In this document: positions 8,116-17,538 of the stretch, one piece after another | How the letters are laid out: each line of letters starts with the position of its first letter | Numbering within the stretch: the stretch's first letter is position 1 | Source of the DNA: a virus | Taxonomy: Duplodnaviria > Caudoviricetes | IMG/VR virus record: IMGVR_UViG_3300032278_004243 | Coordinates: 1 to 61,053 of that record | DNA: 61,053 nt | Reading direction: 5' to 3' (one strand) | Notes under the pieces: model-generated | Told to the model about the DNA's origin: nothing | What the model saw: the letters and a program-made list of their open reading frames with translations, nothing else | Database searches by the model: none | Position numbers and translations under genes: made by a program

Positions 8116-9330
8116 TCAGTAGCCGATGGAAAACAGGGTGCAGGTGGCAGACGATGCCAAGGTGCTGTGCACCGTCACGCCGCTCGCGGTCGCGTTGGAG
8201 ACGAAGACCGAGACGTCCGAACTGCTGTCATCGCCATTGATCCAGGCGAACGATCCGTTGTTGAAGGCCGACGGATAGCTGAACGACTGCGAGGGTGAGG
8301 TTGTCACGGTGATCGTCTGGACCTGGATCTTGAAGCCGTTTGACCACTGGATGTACCCGCCCGTGCTGCTGAACGAAAAGGCAGTGATCGTGGGCGCGGC
8401 GGTCGTCTGAAGCTGAAAATTGGAGCCGTCGTAGATCATGCAGTAGATCTGCCCGGCTACCAGCTGTCCGGCTGTCAAGGCGACGCCGCCGACTTGCACC
8501 ACTTTAGCGCCCAGCCCGTTAACGTTGATCGTGGTCGCGCCAGTGTTGGTGACATTCACTTTCACTTCGATCGCAAGGCCAGCGACATAAGCGGCCGGGG
8601 CTGGCGTCAGGCTGATCGTGATGTTGTTCGCAGACCCACTGTCCGCCGCATAGCTATAGCCGCCGCTCTGGACTGCCTTGGCGACGCCTTGAGCCGTGAC
8701 TGCCTTTGCTGTGTCGCTGCCCCCCGCCACGTCGCTATTGGCAGCCAGCAACACGATGCCTGCCTGAGACGTGCTCGCGGAAACGTCGAGGCCGACGCTC
8801 AGCAGTTCCCACTGCGTTCCGTCGTACATCATCAGGTAGATTTGGCCCGCCACCATCTGGCCAGCCTTGACTGCATTGCCCTCGGAAAGGACTGCCTTCA
8901 CCCCGAGGCCCGCATAGTTGAAGGTGACCGCGCCGGTGTTTGTGTTGGCCACTTGGATCGCGACCTGCATGCCAGCTGCAAGTGCGGTAGGAGCTGGTGA
9001 ACTGGTGCCAGCCAGAGCATTGACTGCGCCGGTGTCCGCGATGAAATTGCCGCCCGATGCCGCAGCCCTAACTGCCAGCCCAAGGTTGGCCACGAAGTTG
9101 CTGAGGTCTCCGTCATCCGCAATGTTGATGTTCAGTGCGGTTGCCATCCAGGTCGCAACACCGGCGGCGACAAAGCTGGCTTGGCGGAAGACCTTGTTAA
9201 ACTTCGCTGATGACGCGATGCCCGAAGTGAACCCGTTTGCGACGGCGGTGTCAGCCGCATAAATCGCCTGAGAAACGACATTTGCACCCGCCCCCGTGGC
9301 AAAGGGCAGGAAATCCGTGCTTGCGGGCAT
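8116..9330 (-). CDS. Tail fibre protein
   Basis: N-terminal DFLPFATGAGANV.SQ anchor; two internal repeats (NTGA.T.N..GLG.K...GQ.VAGQIY...YDG); gp53-like C-terminus. Confidence 0.8.
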   Translation of the reverse strand: MPASTDFLPFATGAGANVVSQAIYAADTAVANGFTSGIASSAKFNKVFRQASFVAAGVATWMATALNINIADDGDLSNFVANLGLAVRAAASGGNFIADTGAVNALAGTSSPAPTALAAGMQVAIQVANTNTGAVTFNYAGLGVKAVLSEGNAVKAGQMVAGQIYLMMYDGTQWELLSVGLDVSASTSQAGIVLLAANSDVAGGSDTAKAVTAQGVAKAVQSGGYSYAADSGSANNITISLTPAPAAYVAGLAIEVKVNVTNTGATTINVNGLGAKVVQVGGVALTAGQLVAGQIYCMIYDGSNFQLQTTAAPTITAFSFSSTGGYIQWSNGFKIQVQTITVTTSPSQSFSYPSAFNNGSFAWINGDDSSSDVSVFVSNATASGVTVHSTLASSATCTLFSIGY

Positions 9331-9344
9331 GAGTTACTCCGATG

Positions 9345-10010
9345 TCAGGTGAATTGGCCGAAGGCACCGAAATCGAGCCCGGCGACGTAGTCGGTTTCGA
9401 TGTCGAGCCCGAAAAAGGGTGCGGCGGGAATGGTCGGAATGACGTAGGATGCTTCGACGCCGGCCGGGCGCAGATTGAGCACGCCGGCCGCGAACAGCTG
9501 TGTGAAAACCGGGTCAACCAGCGCGCCGTGCAACGCCAGCACCATGGTCATGTCGCCGTTGTCCTGAATTAGGATCTGGTAGCCCTGCGGCCCAAGCAGG
9601 ATTTGCCAAGCGGTGTATGCGCCGGGGATCGAGCCGTCCCAGTGGTTGGCAACAATCGTTGCCCGCAGCAAAGTCAGGTAGACGTCATCGGGCAGCGCGA
9701 TAAGGCCTGTCAGCGGCTCACCGGGGCTCCAGATCACGCCCTGATCCAAGCCCAGCCCGCTGACATCAAAGCTGAAATAGACCCCGTCCAGCGCGCTCGC
9801 GACATACCGACTCGCGCCGATCCACTCGCCAAGGATGTCAAGCTGATTGCCCTGCGCGAGGTCCAGATCGAATGCGGCATTGAGGCTGTTCAATGTCGCC
9901 AGCGTGTCAGCGAACGGTTGCACCGACGCTGCAACAGTCGCCATGAAGTTCGGTTTGTCAGCGTGCCTTGACGTGATCAGCCCGGTGTAAGGGCTAGTGT
10001 CGCCTGCCAT
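9345..10010 (-). CDS. Baseplate protein (DUF2612)
   Basis: YTGLITS.H..KP.F; FDLD.A.G.QLD.LG.WIG; IQDNGDMTM. Confidence 0.85.
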   Translation of the reverse strand: MAGDTSPYTGLITSRHADKPNFMATVAASVQPFADTLATLNSLNAAFDLDLAQGNQLDILGEWIGASRYVASALDGVYFSFDVSGLGLDQGVIWSPGEPLTGLIALPDDVYLTLLRATIVANHWDGSIPGAYTAWQILLGPQGYQILIQDNGDMTMVLALHGALVDPVFTQLFAAGVLNLRPAGVEASYVIPTIPAAPFFGLDIETDYVAGLDFGAFGQFT

Positions 10011-11191
10011 CAGATCAGCGCCAGATTGATGTCGGCCAGCGCCTGCTGTGGGGCCTGATTGAATGCCATCGGGAGGTCGGCTGCCGTTGGCGATCCGGGA
10101 TAGACCGCCATCGTGAGCGACGTCAGATTGAACGTCGTCGGAGCGCCGCTGCCTTGAATTGCTGCGGCGATGACCTGCGTCAGGAATACGCTTTCACCAA
10201 TCGCCAGCGCGTTTATGTAGGCGTTGATCGCCGCGATGATGTTGTTGCCGGTCTGCACCGTGTAGCCGGCCAGCGGCTTCAGCGTGATATTGACCACGAT
10301 CCGCTGATAGGTCGGCCGATCAAAGCGGACCGTTGACGGAATGCCGAATTCATCGGTCACGGTCTGCACGACGCTGCCGTAGGTTGCGACGCCGATCTTG
10401 CCATTGGCGATGGCAACCGCGATCGCCGTGCTGTCCCCACCTTCGACCACCAGCCAGATCGTGTTCGCCGGCACTCCCTCGGTATCAGTGGTCCTGGTGC
10501 TGTTCTCGTGCGCTTCTGCCCGTGAGACGCCCGGGATGTTGCGGATAGCGGCGAGGATCGAGGAGAGAGGAGTGCGCGCAGCAAGATTGGTCGATCGCGC
10601 TTGACGCTGACGAAGTGTCGAATCCTTTTCTACCGGGGCGCCCGGGGATGCGGCGGCCGTGTTTGTGACCGATATCCAACCACGGGTCGGGGTCAGGATT
10701 TTCGTGATTGTCCCGATCGCGGCCGAGATCGCGCCCAGCTGCGCCGCGGTCGCTGTGACCGTGATGGAGCTCCCGTCCGGGATGGTGACGCTCGCCGGCA
10801 GGTTCCAGACATTCCCCGACGTGTCCTGCACCTGCCCGTTCGTGATAAGGGTGCCAGCCGTGCCGGTGATCAGAACCTGAGCAGTCGAGTTCGATGGCGT
10901 TTCGCGGCGAAGGCCATTGATCTTCACGACTGAGGACAGGCCGACGCCCTGAGCAGTGCTCGGCGAAAAGCTGTTGTAGACCGCGATGGCGCCAGCATTC
11001 ACGTCGGTGATGGCTTGCGCGATCGCAGCGATCCATTGCCCGTCCTGCGTGTCCGGCGTGAGCACGGCGTCGACGCCATAGATCTGCTGATAGGTCGCCT
11101 GAAGCGAGAGCAGGGTGTCGTCGAAAGAGGGCGCAGTGATGCCCGCCGGGCCCACCTGCGCGCCCAACGTCTGCAACGGATAGGTTGTCAC
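10010..11191 (-). CDS. Baseplate wedge J-like protein
   Basis: FSPSTAQGVGLSS.VKINGL.R; E.DS.LRQRQ; GTG start. Confidence 0.85.
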   Translation of the reverse strand: MTTYPLQTLGAQVGPAGITAPSFDDTLLSLQATYQQIYGVDAVLTPDTQDGQWIAAIAQAITDVNAGAIAVYNSFSPSTAQGVGLSSVVKINGLRRETPSNSTAQVLITGTAGTLITNGQVQDTSGNVWNLPASVTIPDGSSITVTATAAQLGAISAAIGTITKILTPTRGWISVTNTAAASPGAPVEKDSTLRQRQARSTNLAARTPLSSILAAIRNIPGVSRAEAHENSTRTTDTEGVPANTIWLVVEGGDSTAIAVAIANGKIGVATYGSVVQTVTDEFGIPSTVRFDRPTYQRIVVNITLKPLAGYTVQTGNNIIAAINAYINALAIGESVFLTQVIAAAIQGSGAPTTFNLTSLTMAVYPGSPTAADLPMAFNQAPQQALADINLALI

Positions 11192-11205
11192 TGGAGCGGT
11201 AGCCC

Positions 11206-11667
11206 TTATCCGAGAACCGATTGATCAAGCACGAAAGTAAAGTCGAGAAGCGCGAGCGATGGCGAAGTCCCCACTGGGAAACCGGTCACCGGCGCGACCG
11301 CCTGCGGTCCGCGGCCGAATGCCGCACTGAGCGCAAGAGCCTGTGCGCTGTAGGTAGTCAGCACGGTCGCATTTACCGCCAGCGCGCGATTGGTCAGGCC
11401 GCTGGAGTAGGCGGTAATCTGTGTCACGCCCGGCGTACCGAGGATCACGCGGCGGATCTCGGCGTCGTATCCTGCCTTGGGTTGCCGTCCGAGGATCTTG
11501 CCGCCCCAGTCGGTACCTTCGGTCGTATCGAGAAACCACTCGCCCTTGATCAGCCCGAGCCGGGTGTTGATGCATTGCGCGACCGCCGCCGGCGAATTGA
11601 TAAGGAAGTTGGTGGCGCTGAGCCCAAAAGTCATGTCGCCGTTGGCGTCGAGCGCGCGAACTCTCAC
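11206..11667 (-). CDS. Baseplate wedge / sheath initiator (gp25/gp46-like)
   Basis: RVRALDANGD.TFG...AVAQ.I.TRL.L..GEWFLD...GT; GTG start at 11667. Confidence 0.75.
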   Translation of the reverse strand: MRVRALDANGDMTFGLSATNFLINSPAAVAQCINTRLGLIKGEWFLDTTEGTDWGGKILGRQPKAGYDAEIRRVILGTPGVTQITAYSSGLTNRALAVNATVLTTYSAQALALSAAFGRGPQAVAPVTGFPVGTSPSLALLDFTFVLDQSVLG

Positions 11668-12269
11668 TGCGGGCCTCCGCTGATGCCGGATCCGGTCTGA
11701 ACGCCGGTGTGGTGGTGCTCGTCGAAGTGGATGCCGTTGATGTAGACGCCGCCCGGCGCAACTAGATTGATGCGCTGCGCCTCGGGGTCCAGCTCGAGCA
11801 TTGTGGCCCCGTCCGTACTGCGCAGCTGCGCCTTGCTCGTCGACACCCCGGTCAGGACGCGCGGCTGAGACCAGATCCCCGGGATGACGAAGCCATCGGA
11901 CAGGTCGTGCATGCGGTAGACCATCGGGGGCTGGATGCCGCCGTTCTGCCACCAGGCATCGATGCAGCGCGAGGCAAAGACGATCAGGCACTCATCATCC
12001 TTGGCGATCGGCAGGGTCAGCGTCACGCCGCCACCGCTGGGAAACTGCACGGGGCAGTCGACCAGAAGCGGCAGGCTCACGTTGGTGGCTTTGCCTGTTT
12101 TCGGATCCGACAACGTGCCCTGGATTGAGGGTTGCACTTCGCAGGTCATCGCTGCGGGATCGAAGGACTGGATGATGCCGGGCAAAGCGGTCCAGATTCG
12201 GCCCTGCGCACCGCGCATGGCGATCTCGAGCGCCGTGGATGCATCGTCGAGGCGCTGGGAACGCTGCAT
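11664..12269 (-). CDS. Baseplate central spike (Gp138/gpV-like)
   Basis: LPGIIQSFD, LVDCPVQFP.GGG, R.HDLSD and C-terminal H.HTGV iron-binding tip motif. Confidence 0.85.
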   Translation of the reverse strand: MQRSQRLDDASTALEIAMRGAQGRIWTALPGIIQSFDPAAMTCEVQPSIQGTLSDPKTGKATNVSLPLLVDCPVQFPSGGGVTLTLPIAKDDECLIVFASRCIDAWWQNGGIQPPMVYRMHDLSDGFVIPGIWSQPRVLTGVSTSKAQLRSTDGATMLELDPEAQRINLVAPGGVYINGIHFDEHHHTGVQTGSGISGGPQ

Positions 12270-13183
12270 CAGAAGATGCCCCGCTGGTTGAGTGAAGAGA
12301 TGCCGGTGTCAGTGGTCTGGTCGAAGGAGACTCCGACAAGTTCGGTGTACCAGAGATTGCCACGGGTATCCCCCTGATGCTCCATCAGGATAATCCGGTA
12401 GAGGCCGTCATTGTCGAGGCTTGGGATGGTGTTGACGAACTGATAGCTGGCCGACACCTGCGCGCGCTGGATCGAGGCGTTGTCGACCTTGAACCGGCCA
12501 CCCAACTCGAGGAGCGGGTTGAGGAGGCAGCGGACGCGGATGCCTTCCTGCGTCTGCTCAGGCCAACCAATCATCCCGGTATTCGAATTCAGGACCGTTG
12601 CCTCGCCGGGTTTAAAACCCTGCAAAGGCACAATGACGATGCGACCCTTGTCGTAGAAGTAGCTGTGGCCGGTTGTCGCCACGCTGCGATGAAGGACCTC
12701 GCGCGACATGCCATATAGCGCCTGACCGCGCGGAAGTTTGGCGTCAGGATCAAACTCGAATGACGACAGCCCCAAGCCTGTCGAGGCTGCCGCAGCGGCC
12801 GCCGCGTCGGCGACAGTTGATCCCGCAGCGAGCGTCGTGTTCACCACAGCCTGGTTTGCCGAGTATCCTTCGGCCGCAAGGATATCGATATAGGTGTCGA
12901 CAGCGCTTTCGCGGCCAAGCCGGGCTTGGACGATTTCGCCATCGAAAACGACTCCGTAGGCCCCGTCCTGATATCCCGCCTGCAGGATCACGCGGGTGTA
13001 TTCGTCGGTCTTGACCTTCTTGGCTGTGTCCGGATTGAGGTTGAAGACCCGTATCACCGCACTCTGCGGATTCTCCTTGTCCGCCTGCCTGATTCGAAAG
13101 GTAAAATGCAGCTGCGTGAGATCAATGCCCTGAGTATCGTTGCCGAGCACGAGGCTCGCCTTGCGGATGAACTGGTTGGGCAC
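12269..13183 (-). CDS. Baseplate hub protein
   Basis: A.IRVFNL; LQAGY; TGMIG.PEQT..G..VRCLLNP; H.GDTRG..WY. Confidence 0.8.
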   Translation of the reverse strand: MPNQFIRKASLVLGNDTQGIDLTQLHFTFRIRQADKENPQSAVIRVFNLNPDTAKKVKTDEYTRVILQAGYQDGAYGVVFDGEIVQARLGRESAVDTYIDILAAEGYSANQAVVNTTLAAGSTVADAAAAAAASTGLGLSSFEFDPDAKLPRGQALYGMSREVLHRSVATTGHSYFYDKGRIVIVPLQGFKPGEATVLNSNTGMIGWPEQTQEGIRVRCLLNPLLELGGRFKVDNASIQRAQVSASYQFVNTIPSLDNDGLYRIILMEHQGDTRGNLWYTELVGVSFDQTTDTGISSLNQRGIF

Positions 13184-13185
13184 TG

Positions 13186-13497
13186 TCAGGCAGTCGCGAA
13201 AACAAGGTGAGTGTCGGTGCCTAAGTCGGCGAACGTTGGAGCATCGTCGCCGCCGGAACTGTTGAGCAAGTAGAGCGACCCACCGAGACCGAGGTAGGCG
13301 TATTGGCCAAGCAGATCCGTGCCCGTCACCAGCGCGATGCCTGAAACGATCGGCGTTCCAGTCGCGTCAGCAATATCCAGAACCCAACCGCCTTGGGCGT
13401 TGTTCCTCCACTGCAGGGTCATCTGATAGACCGCGCCGGCGAGCTGGATGGCAAAGCGCTGTGCCTCCGCGGTCAGCGGGATTTCATAGGCTGCCAC
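13186..13497 (-). CDS. Baseplate plug-type protein (DUF6983-like)
   Basis: EIPLT...Q.F.I.L...WVLDI...GI.LVTG.DLL.QY.YLG. Confidence 0.75.
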   Translation of the reverse strand: MAAYEIPLTAEAQRFAIQLAGAVYQMTLQWRNNAQGGWVLDIADATGTPIVSGIALVTGTDLLGQYAYLGLGGSLYLLNSSGGDDAPTFADLGTDTHLVFATA

Positions 13498-13504
13498 AAG
13501 CGCC

Positions 13505-14323
13505 TCACGCGTAAGTAGGGAGGGGGCCAGACCAGCTGCCTGCCGCCTTTGTGCCCTTGTCGGTCACGCCCGAACTGGCCGCTGCATCCGCACGGTCGGC
13601 ACTGGCAGGCATAGTGGTCTGAAGCGTGTCGACGAGGATGACCTCCTGCAGCTGCGCGGTGATCATCAGGATGTTTTCGGACGACTGATCAGTCTGGGTG
13701 CGGAGCGACTTGATCAGCATGCTGTCGTAGGCGCGCTTTCCCGTCTGGACCGAGATGAGCTCGGCACTGGACTGAAGGAGGAGCAGCTTCTCGTACAGGT
13801 CGCGCAGCGGCTTCGCGCCATCCTCGATGCCGGTTTGCTGATCCTGGGTCGCGGCGATCGTCGCGACGATGCCTGCCAGCGTGGCCGAAGCCTCCGGGCT
13901 GAACTCGTCGATCACCGGCGCGATCTGGCCGTAGAGGTCGTTCAAGTTCTGCGTCGACGACTGTGAGGTGAGCGCGTTGCCCAGCGCGATCGTGTTGTAG
14001 GCGGTAGACAGCTTGGCGACCGCGCTGCTTCCGCCTGTTGCGGCGACGACCGGCAGGATCTGGTTGTAGGCGTCGGTCAGCTTCTGGAAGTTGGACTTGG
14101 GCTTGGCGTCCGAGGTTGCCGGGTTCGCCTGACTGTAGGCGCCCGCGGCCGACCACCCGGCCTCTATCGTGAGCTGCGCGGGCATCTTGAAGGCATGGTC
14201 AGTGATCGGTGCGCCGCGCTCTACCGGATGTGTCGTGATGGTGAGGTCGTCACTATGCTGCTCGCGAACTGTCACCTCGGCTATGAAGCCGCCGATAGTC
14301 CGGATGATCGCATTTTCCGCCAT
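13505..14323 (-). CDS. Tail tube initiator / Dit-like baseplate protein
   Basis: E.H.D.L.IT.HPVE.GA.ITDHA and V.TGKR.Y..MLI motifs. Confidence 0.75.
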   Translation of the reverse strand: MAENAIIRTIGGFIAEVTVREQHSDDLTITTHPVERGAPITDHAFKMPAQLTIEAGWSAAGAYSQANPATSDAKPKSNFQKLTDAYNQILPVVAATGGSSAVAKLSTAYNTIALGNALTSQSSTQNLNDLYGQIAPVIDEFSPEASATLAGIVATIAATQDQQTGIEDGAKPLRDLYEKLLLLQSSAELISVQTGKRAYDSMLIKSLRTQTDQSSENILMITAQLQEVILVDTLQTTMPASADRADAAASSGVTDKGTKAAGSWSGPLPTYA

Positions 14324-14329
14324 GGTACC

Positions 14330-16024
14330 TCAGAAAGCGTAAACAGAAGCGTTGCTGACGAGGCGCTGATTGACCGAGTCCTGATGCCCGGCGATGTCGT
14401 TGGCGACGTCATGAGCGCCAGCGCCGTGGACGTGGATATCGGTCTTCTGGTTGATCGCCAGTCCGCCGCGGCCCGCACCCGACACACCAAGGTACTGACC
14501 TGCCCTGCGCAGGTCCCCGCGCGCGCCGGCCGGGCCCGGTGCTTCGAACTGGTCGATGACGACAGCTGCAACCTGCATCGCATCGCGCATGCGCTTGATA
14601 CGGTCGCCAACCGCCGAATGTGTGGTGCGCAGCTCGTGCGCGACAAACTGGATCTGCTCCGCGAAGGTCGACTGATAGATCGAATGGCCGAACTTGCGGG
14701 CGAACTCGGCAACCCGGCTCTTTGTCAGCCATTGCGCGAGACCATAGGCACCGCTGCCTTCCCCGTTCCAGCGACGCTCGTTGAGACCAGATTCCGCCCA
14801 AAGCGCGGCCGCGATGCCCTTGGCCGCAGGAGCCGAAAAGCCGGATGCCATGAGCAGCTGTTCGGCTCTCCGCGACCTGGGCGTGTTGCTGTCCGCTGTC
14901 TGGCCGCCCGGCACGTAACCGCGGCCTCCGTTGTCGTTTGCGCCGCCCCGCATCCAATCCGGGGTCAGGTTATTGGGGTCGCCGATCGGATCGGTGCCAT
15001 TGCGCCTGTACCTGTCAGACCCATAGCCGACCAAGGCGTCTGCGGTGTTGTCGAGTGCGCCGGAGGCTTCATAAGCGACGTTCTTCGCATCGCTCCAAGC
15101 GGCGGCCCAGTTCCCGTTCAGAACATCAGTAACCAGCTTCACCAAGCCGGTCAGCCCCTTGATGACGTGGCCAAGCGCGCTAAGCATCTTGTCGGCGAAG
15201 TTCTGCATGTACGGCGTCGCGGCCAGCTGGCCGAGTGCATCGAGCAGCGACATCACGTCTTTGACGATCTTCTGGAACTCGCCGCCGACACCCGACAGCT
15301 TTTTGCCCGACACGATGTCCTGAACCCAGCGCGAAAGCGCCTCGAGCTTGGGCAGCAGCCATTCCATGCCCTTGTAGAGCGCCACATCGAACGCCAGCCC
15401 TGCCTCGGCCTTCATCTCGCGCAAGCGGGTCGAAAATTCATTCGCCTTCCCGGCGACCGCGTCGAGGTCGATGCCGAGATTCTGCGCGAACTGCTTGTAC
15501 TGGTCCTCGAATTGCCCCTGATCGCGCAGCATGGCTTGCAGCTGGATCAGGTCGATCCCGAGCACGCTCGCGAACGCCTTGGCCCGGAAGTAGGGCATGC
15601 TCTGGAACGTGCGCTCCAGATCGCGCGCCATCGCGACGGCGTCGCCCATATCTTCCGGGGAGACCCCGAGCCGGCGCAGGAAACCTTGTGCGCCCGGCGA
15701 GGACTTGGCGAACTCGGCCAGGTTCTCGAGCATGGCCTGCGCGCCCTGCGTCGAGCCGCCGAGCTGGCTCATGGCATAACCGAACGACTTGATGTCGGCA
15801 GCGGACGAGTTCAGCCGCTGGGTTTTCCAGTACAGCTGGTCCATGTCCTGCGCCATTGAGACGACGGCGGCGGTGACCTGCTTGGCGACATCGTACATCG
15901 CCTCGCCGAGTGCGACGGCTTTTGCGGTGGCGAACTCGAGGCCCTCGTTGAACTTCTTCTCGCTCTTGGGATCAACCTTGAAGCCAAGGCCGACCAAGAA
16001 CTCTTTGATCACATTGTCGGCCAT
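14330..16024 (-). CDS. Tape measure protein with C-terminal phage tail lysozyme domain
   Basis: Start MADNVIKEFLVGLGF at 16024; helical body; AESGL...GAYGLAQW...Q.QFV.HEL. Confidence 0.85.
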   Translation of the reverse strand: MADNVIKEFLVGLGFKVDPKSEKKFNEGLEFATAKAVALGEAMYDVAKQVTAAVVSMAQDMDQLYWKTQRLNSSAADIKSFGYAMSQLGGSTQGAQAMLENLAEFAKSSPGAQGFLRRLGVSPEDMGDAVAMARDLERTFQSMPYFRAKAFASVLGIDLIQLQAMLRDQGQFEDQYKQFAQNLGIDLDAVAGKANEFSTRLREMKAEAGLAFDVALYKGMEWLLPKLEALSRWVQDIVSGKKLSGVGGEFQKIVKDVMSLLDALGQLAATPYMQNFADKMLSALGHVIKGLTGLVKLVTDVLNGNWAAAWSDAKNVAYEASGALDNTADALVGYGSDRYRRNGTDPIGDPNNLTPDWMRGGANDNGGRGYVPGGQTADSNTPRSRRAEQLLMASGFSAPAAKGIAAALWAESGLNERRWNGEGSGAYGLAQWLTKSRVAEFARKFGHSIYQSTFAEQIQFVAHELRTTHSAVGDRIKRMRDAMQVAAVVIDQFEAPGPAGARGDLRRAGQYLGVSGAGRGGLAINQKTDIHVHGAGAHDVANDIAGHQDSVNQRLVSNASVYAF

Positions 16025-16113
16025 GAGAACCTCGTTCGATTCGGACACTTCATCGTGCTGGACACGACTCGCCTGCTCCTCCGACAAGGGCGGCCGACTT
16101 CAGGAGGACGACG

Positions 16114-16473
16114 ATGCGATGGATTGCCTTGGGGCTCGCTGCATTGCTGGCAGTCGGGCCAGCGATTGCTCAGACCAAATTGAGTCCCGATGAGCGGCAG
16201 GATCTGATCGCCGCAGATGAGCGAGCCATCATCGACGCGAGGTTGAGGCTGGCCCGAGACCGCGCGATCATCGCGCAGGAGCGCAAGGTCGGAGCCGTTT
16301 CCGGGGTCGTTAACAAGCAGACGCTTCATGCCGCCGGGTCGGACATTGTGCGGATCGAGGAGCAGCTTCCAAAGCTCTATGCCCGGTATCGCGCGCATGG
16401 CGGCACCAAGCCGCTGGCGAAGATCGTTCCCAAGCCCGGTGCGACCTATAAGCCGAACCCATTCGACTACTGA
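16114..16473 (+). CDS. Secreted/periplasmic protein (moron)
   Basis: GGAGG SD; Sec signal peptide MRWIALGLAALLAVGPAIA-Q; antisense to the tail operon. Confidence 0.7.
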   Translation: MRWIALGLAALLAVGPAIAQTKLSPDERQDLIAADERAIIDARLRLARDRAIIAQERKVGAVSGVVNKQTLHAAGSDIVRIEEQLPKLYARYRAHGGTKPLAKIVPKPGATYKPNPFDY

Positions 16474-16474
16474 C

Positions 16475-16708
16475 CTACCGCCCGCGCAGCGCCATCTCCA
16501 TGCGCCGCTGGTTCTCGTCCCTGACCGTTATGGCATTGTTCAGCCGGGCGATATCGCCGAGGCCGAGTGTGCCATCGAGCAAGCTTTCGTACTTGCACAT
16601 ACCCTCGATAACCGGCCGGAGGATCCAATCCTCGCCGTCCGGCATCGAGACGGGCTCGAAGCTTAGCTCCCCGCCGGGAGCGAACCCGAGCGGAGGCTGG
16701 TAAAAAAA
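16475..16708 (-). CDS. Tail assembly chaperone, second (frameshifted) segment, DUF6889-like
   Basis: MPDGEDWILRPV..GMC.YESL.DGTL.L.DIA.LN; lies in the -1 frame after the T7 slippery site. Confidence 0.75.
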   Translation of the reverse strand, partial: FFYQPPLGFAPGGELSFEPVSMPDGEDWILRPVIEGMCKYESLLDGTLGLGDIARLNNAITVRDENQRRMEMALRGR

Positions 16709-17058
16709 TCGGAGAGGTTCGCCTGCAGCGTGGCCCAGGTCAGGCGGAGCATGTCCGGCATGGCGATGTCGGCGAACATCATCTGATTGTGGCGGAACAC
16801 TGGTGCCCATCCGGCGTCGCCATCCTGGCGGCGCATGCAGCCGTTGAGGCATTTCGCGATGATGTACTCGCTGTCCGCATCGGATAGCTCGCTGATGGCC
16901 TGCATCAAGACCGAGAGAATATCACCCCCTTCGGCGCCGTCGCGCATCGCCGCCAGCACGCCGCCGAGGCGCCGCGTGATGTGAAACTGTGACATCGCAT
17001 CGAGCTTAGCCAGCCGGTAGCTGTAGCCGTTGACCTCGATTTCCTCGGCGCCGGTCAT
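16663..17058 (-). CDS. Tail assembly chaperone
   Basis: Y.L.KL.AM.QFHI.RRL...NLSDFF; located between tube and tape measure. Confidence 0.8.
   Translation of the reverse strand: MTGAEEIEVNGYSYRLAKLDAMSQFHITRRLGGVLAAMRDGAEGGDILSVLMQAISELSDADSEYIIAKCLNGCMRRQDGDAGWAPVFRHNQMMFADIAMPDMLRLTWATLQANLSDFFTSLRSGSLPAGS
16702..16708 (-). promoter_or_regulatory. Programmed -1 frameshift slippery heptamer T TTT TTT
   Basis: Minus strand GAT TTT TTT ACC; a -1 slip reads TTT TTT TAC CAG, which is open into the downstream chaperone segment. Confidence 0.7.
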
Positions 17059-17525
17059 CAGATACCCCCGATCACGGCCGCCGGCGTGCCGGTGCCGAGG
17101 CGCTCTTCGATTCTGGTGGCATCAAACGTCCATTCCAGCACCGGCCCTTCCTTGTCGTAGACAACGTCAGGCAGCTTCCGGAAAGCGCAGCCGTAGCAGG
17201 TGATGTGATCACCGCGCGCATAGTCGCGGATGGAGATCACGTTCTTGCCCCAGACGATCGAGCTCGCCTTATCAGCGTTGTACATCGACATCAGCAGGGC
17301 GTTGACCGGCGAAGTCTTGAGGAGGCGAACCGTCACGTTGCCCGAATTGTCGGCGTGCAGCGAGTTCATCCCGGAACCGTCGGCACCAATGGTCAAGGTG
17401 TTCTTGTCTCCCCGCATAGCGGTCGTGATACCGCCCTCAGACACGCCGGCACCGGCCCCGAGCTGGATGTTGCCGTTGGGCCCAGCAATGGCCGCGACGA
17501 CGTTCTGGAAAGAGTAGGATCCCAT
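17058..17525 (-). CDS. Tail tube protein (DUF3277)
   Basis: YSF..V.A.I.GP; GADG.GM.SLHA..SG.VTVRLLKTSP.N; EWTFD. Confidence 0.85.
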   Translation of the reverse strand: MGSYSFQNVVAAIAGPNGNIQLGAGAGVSEGGITTAMRGDKNTLTIGADGSGMNSLHADNSGNVTVRLLKTSPVNALLMSMYNADKASSIVWGKNVISIRDYARGDHITCYGCAFRKLPDVVYDKEGPVLEWTFDATRIEERLGTGTPAAVIGGI

Positions 17526-17538
17526 CGGTCAGGACTCC

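Noticed and set aside
4143-9330. Diversity-generating retroelement or invertible tail-fibre switch
   Set aside because: No reverse transcriptase or invertase, no TR/VR pair and no inverted fibre cassette recognised; the internal repeats are old, protein-level duplications
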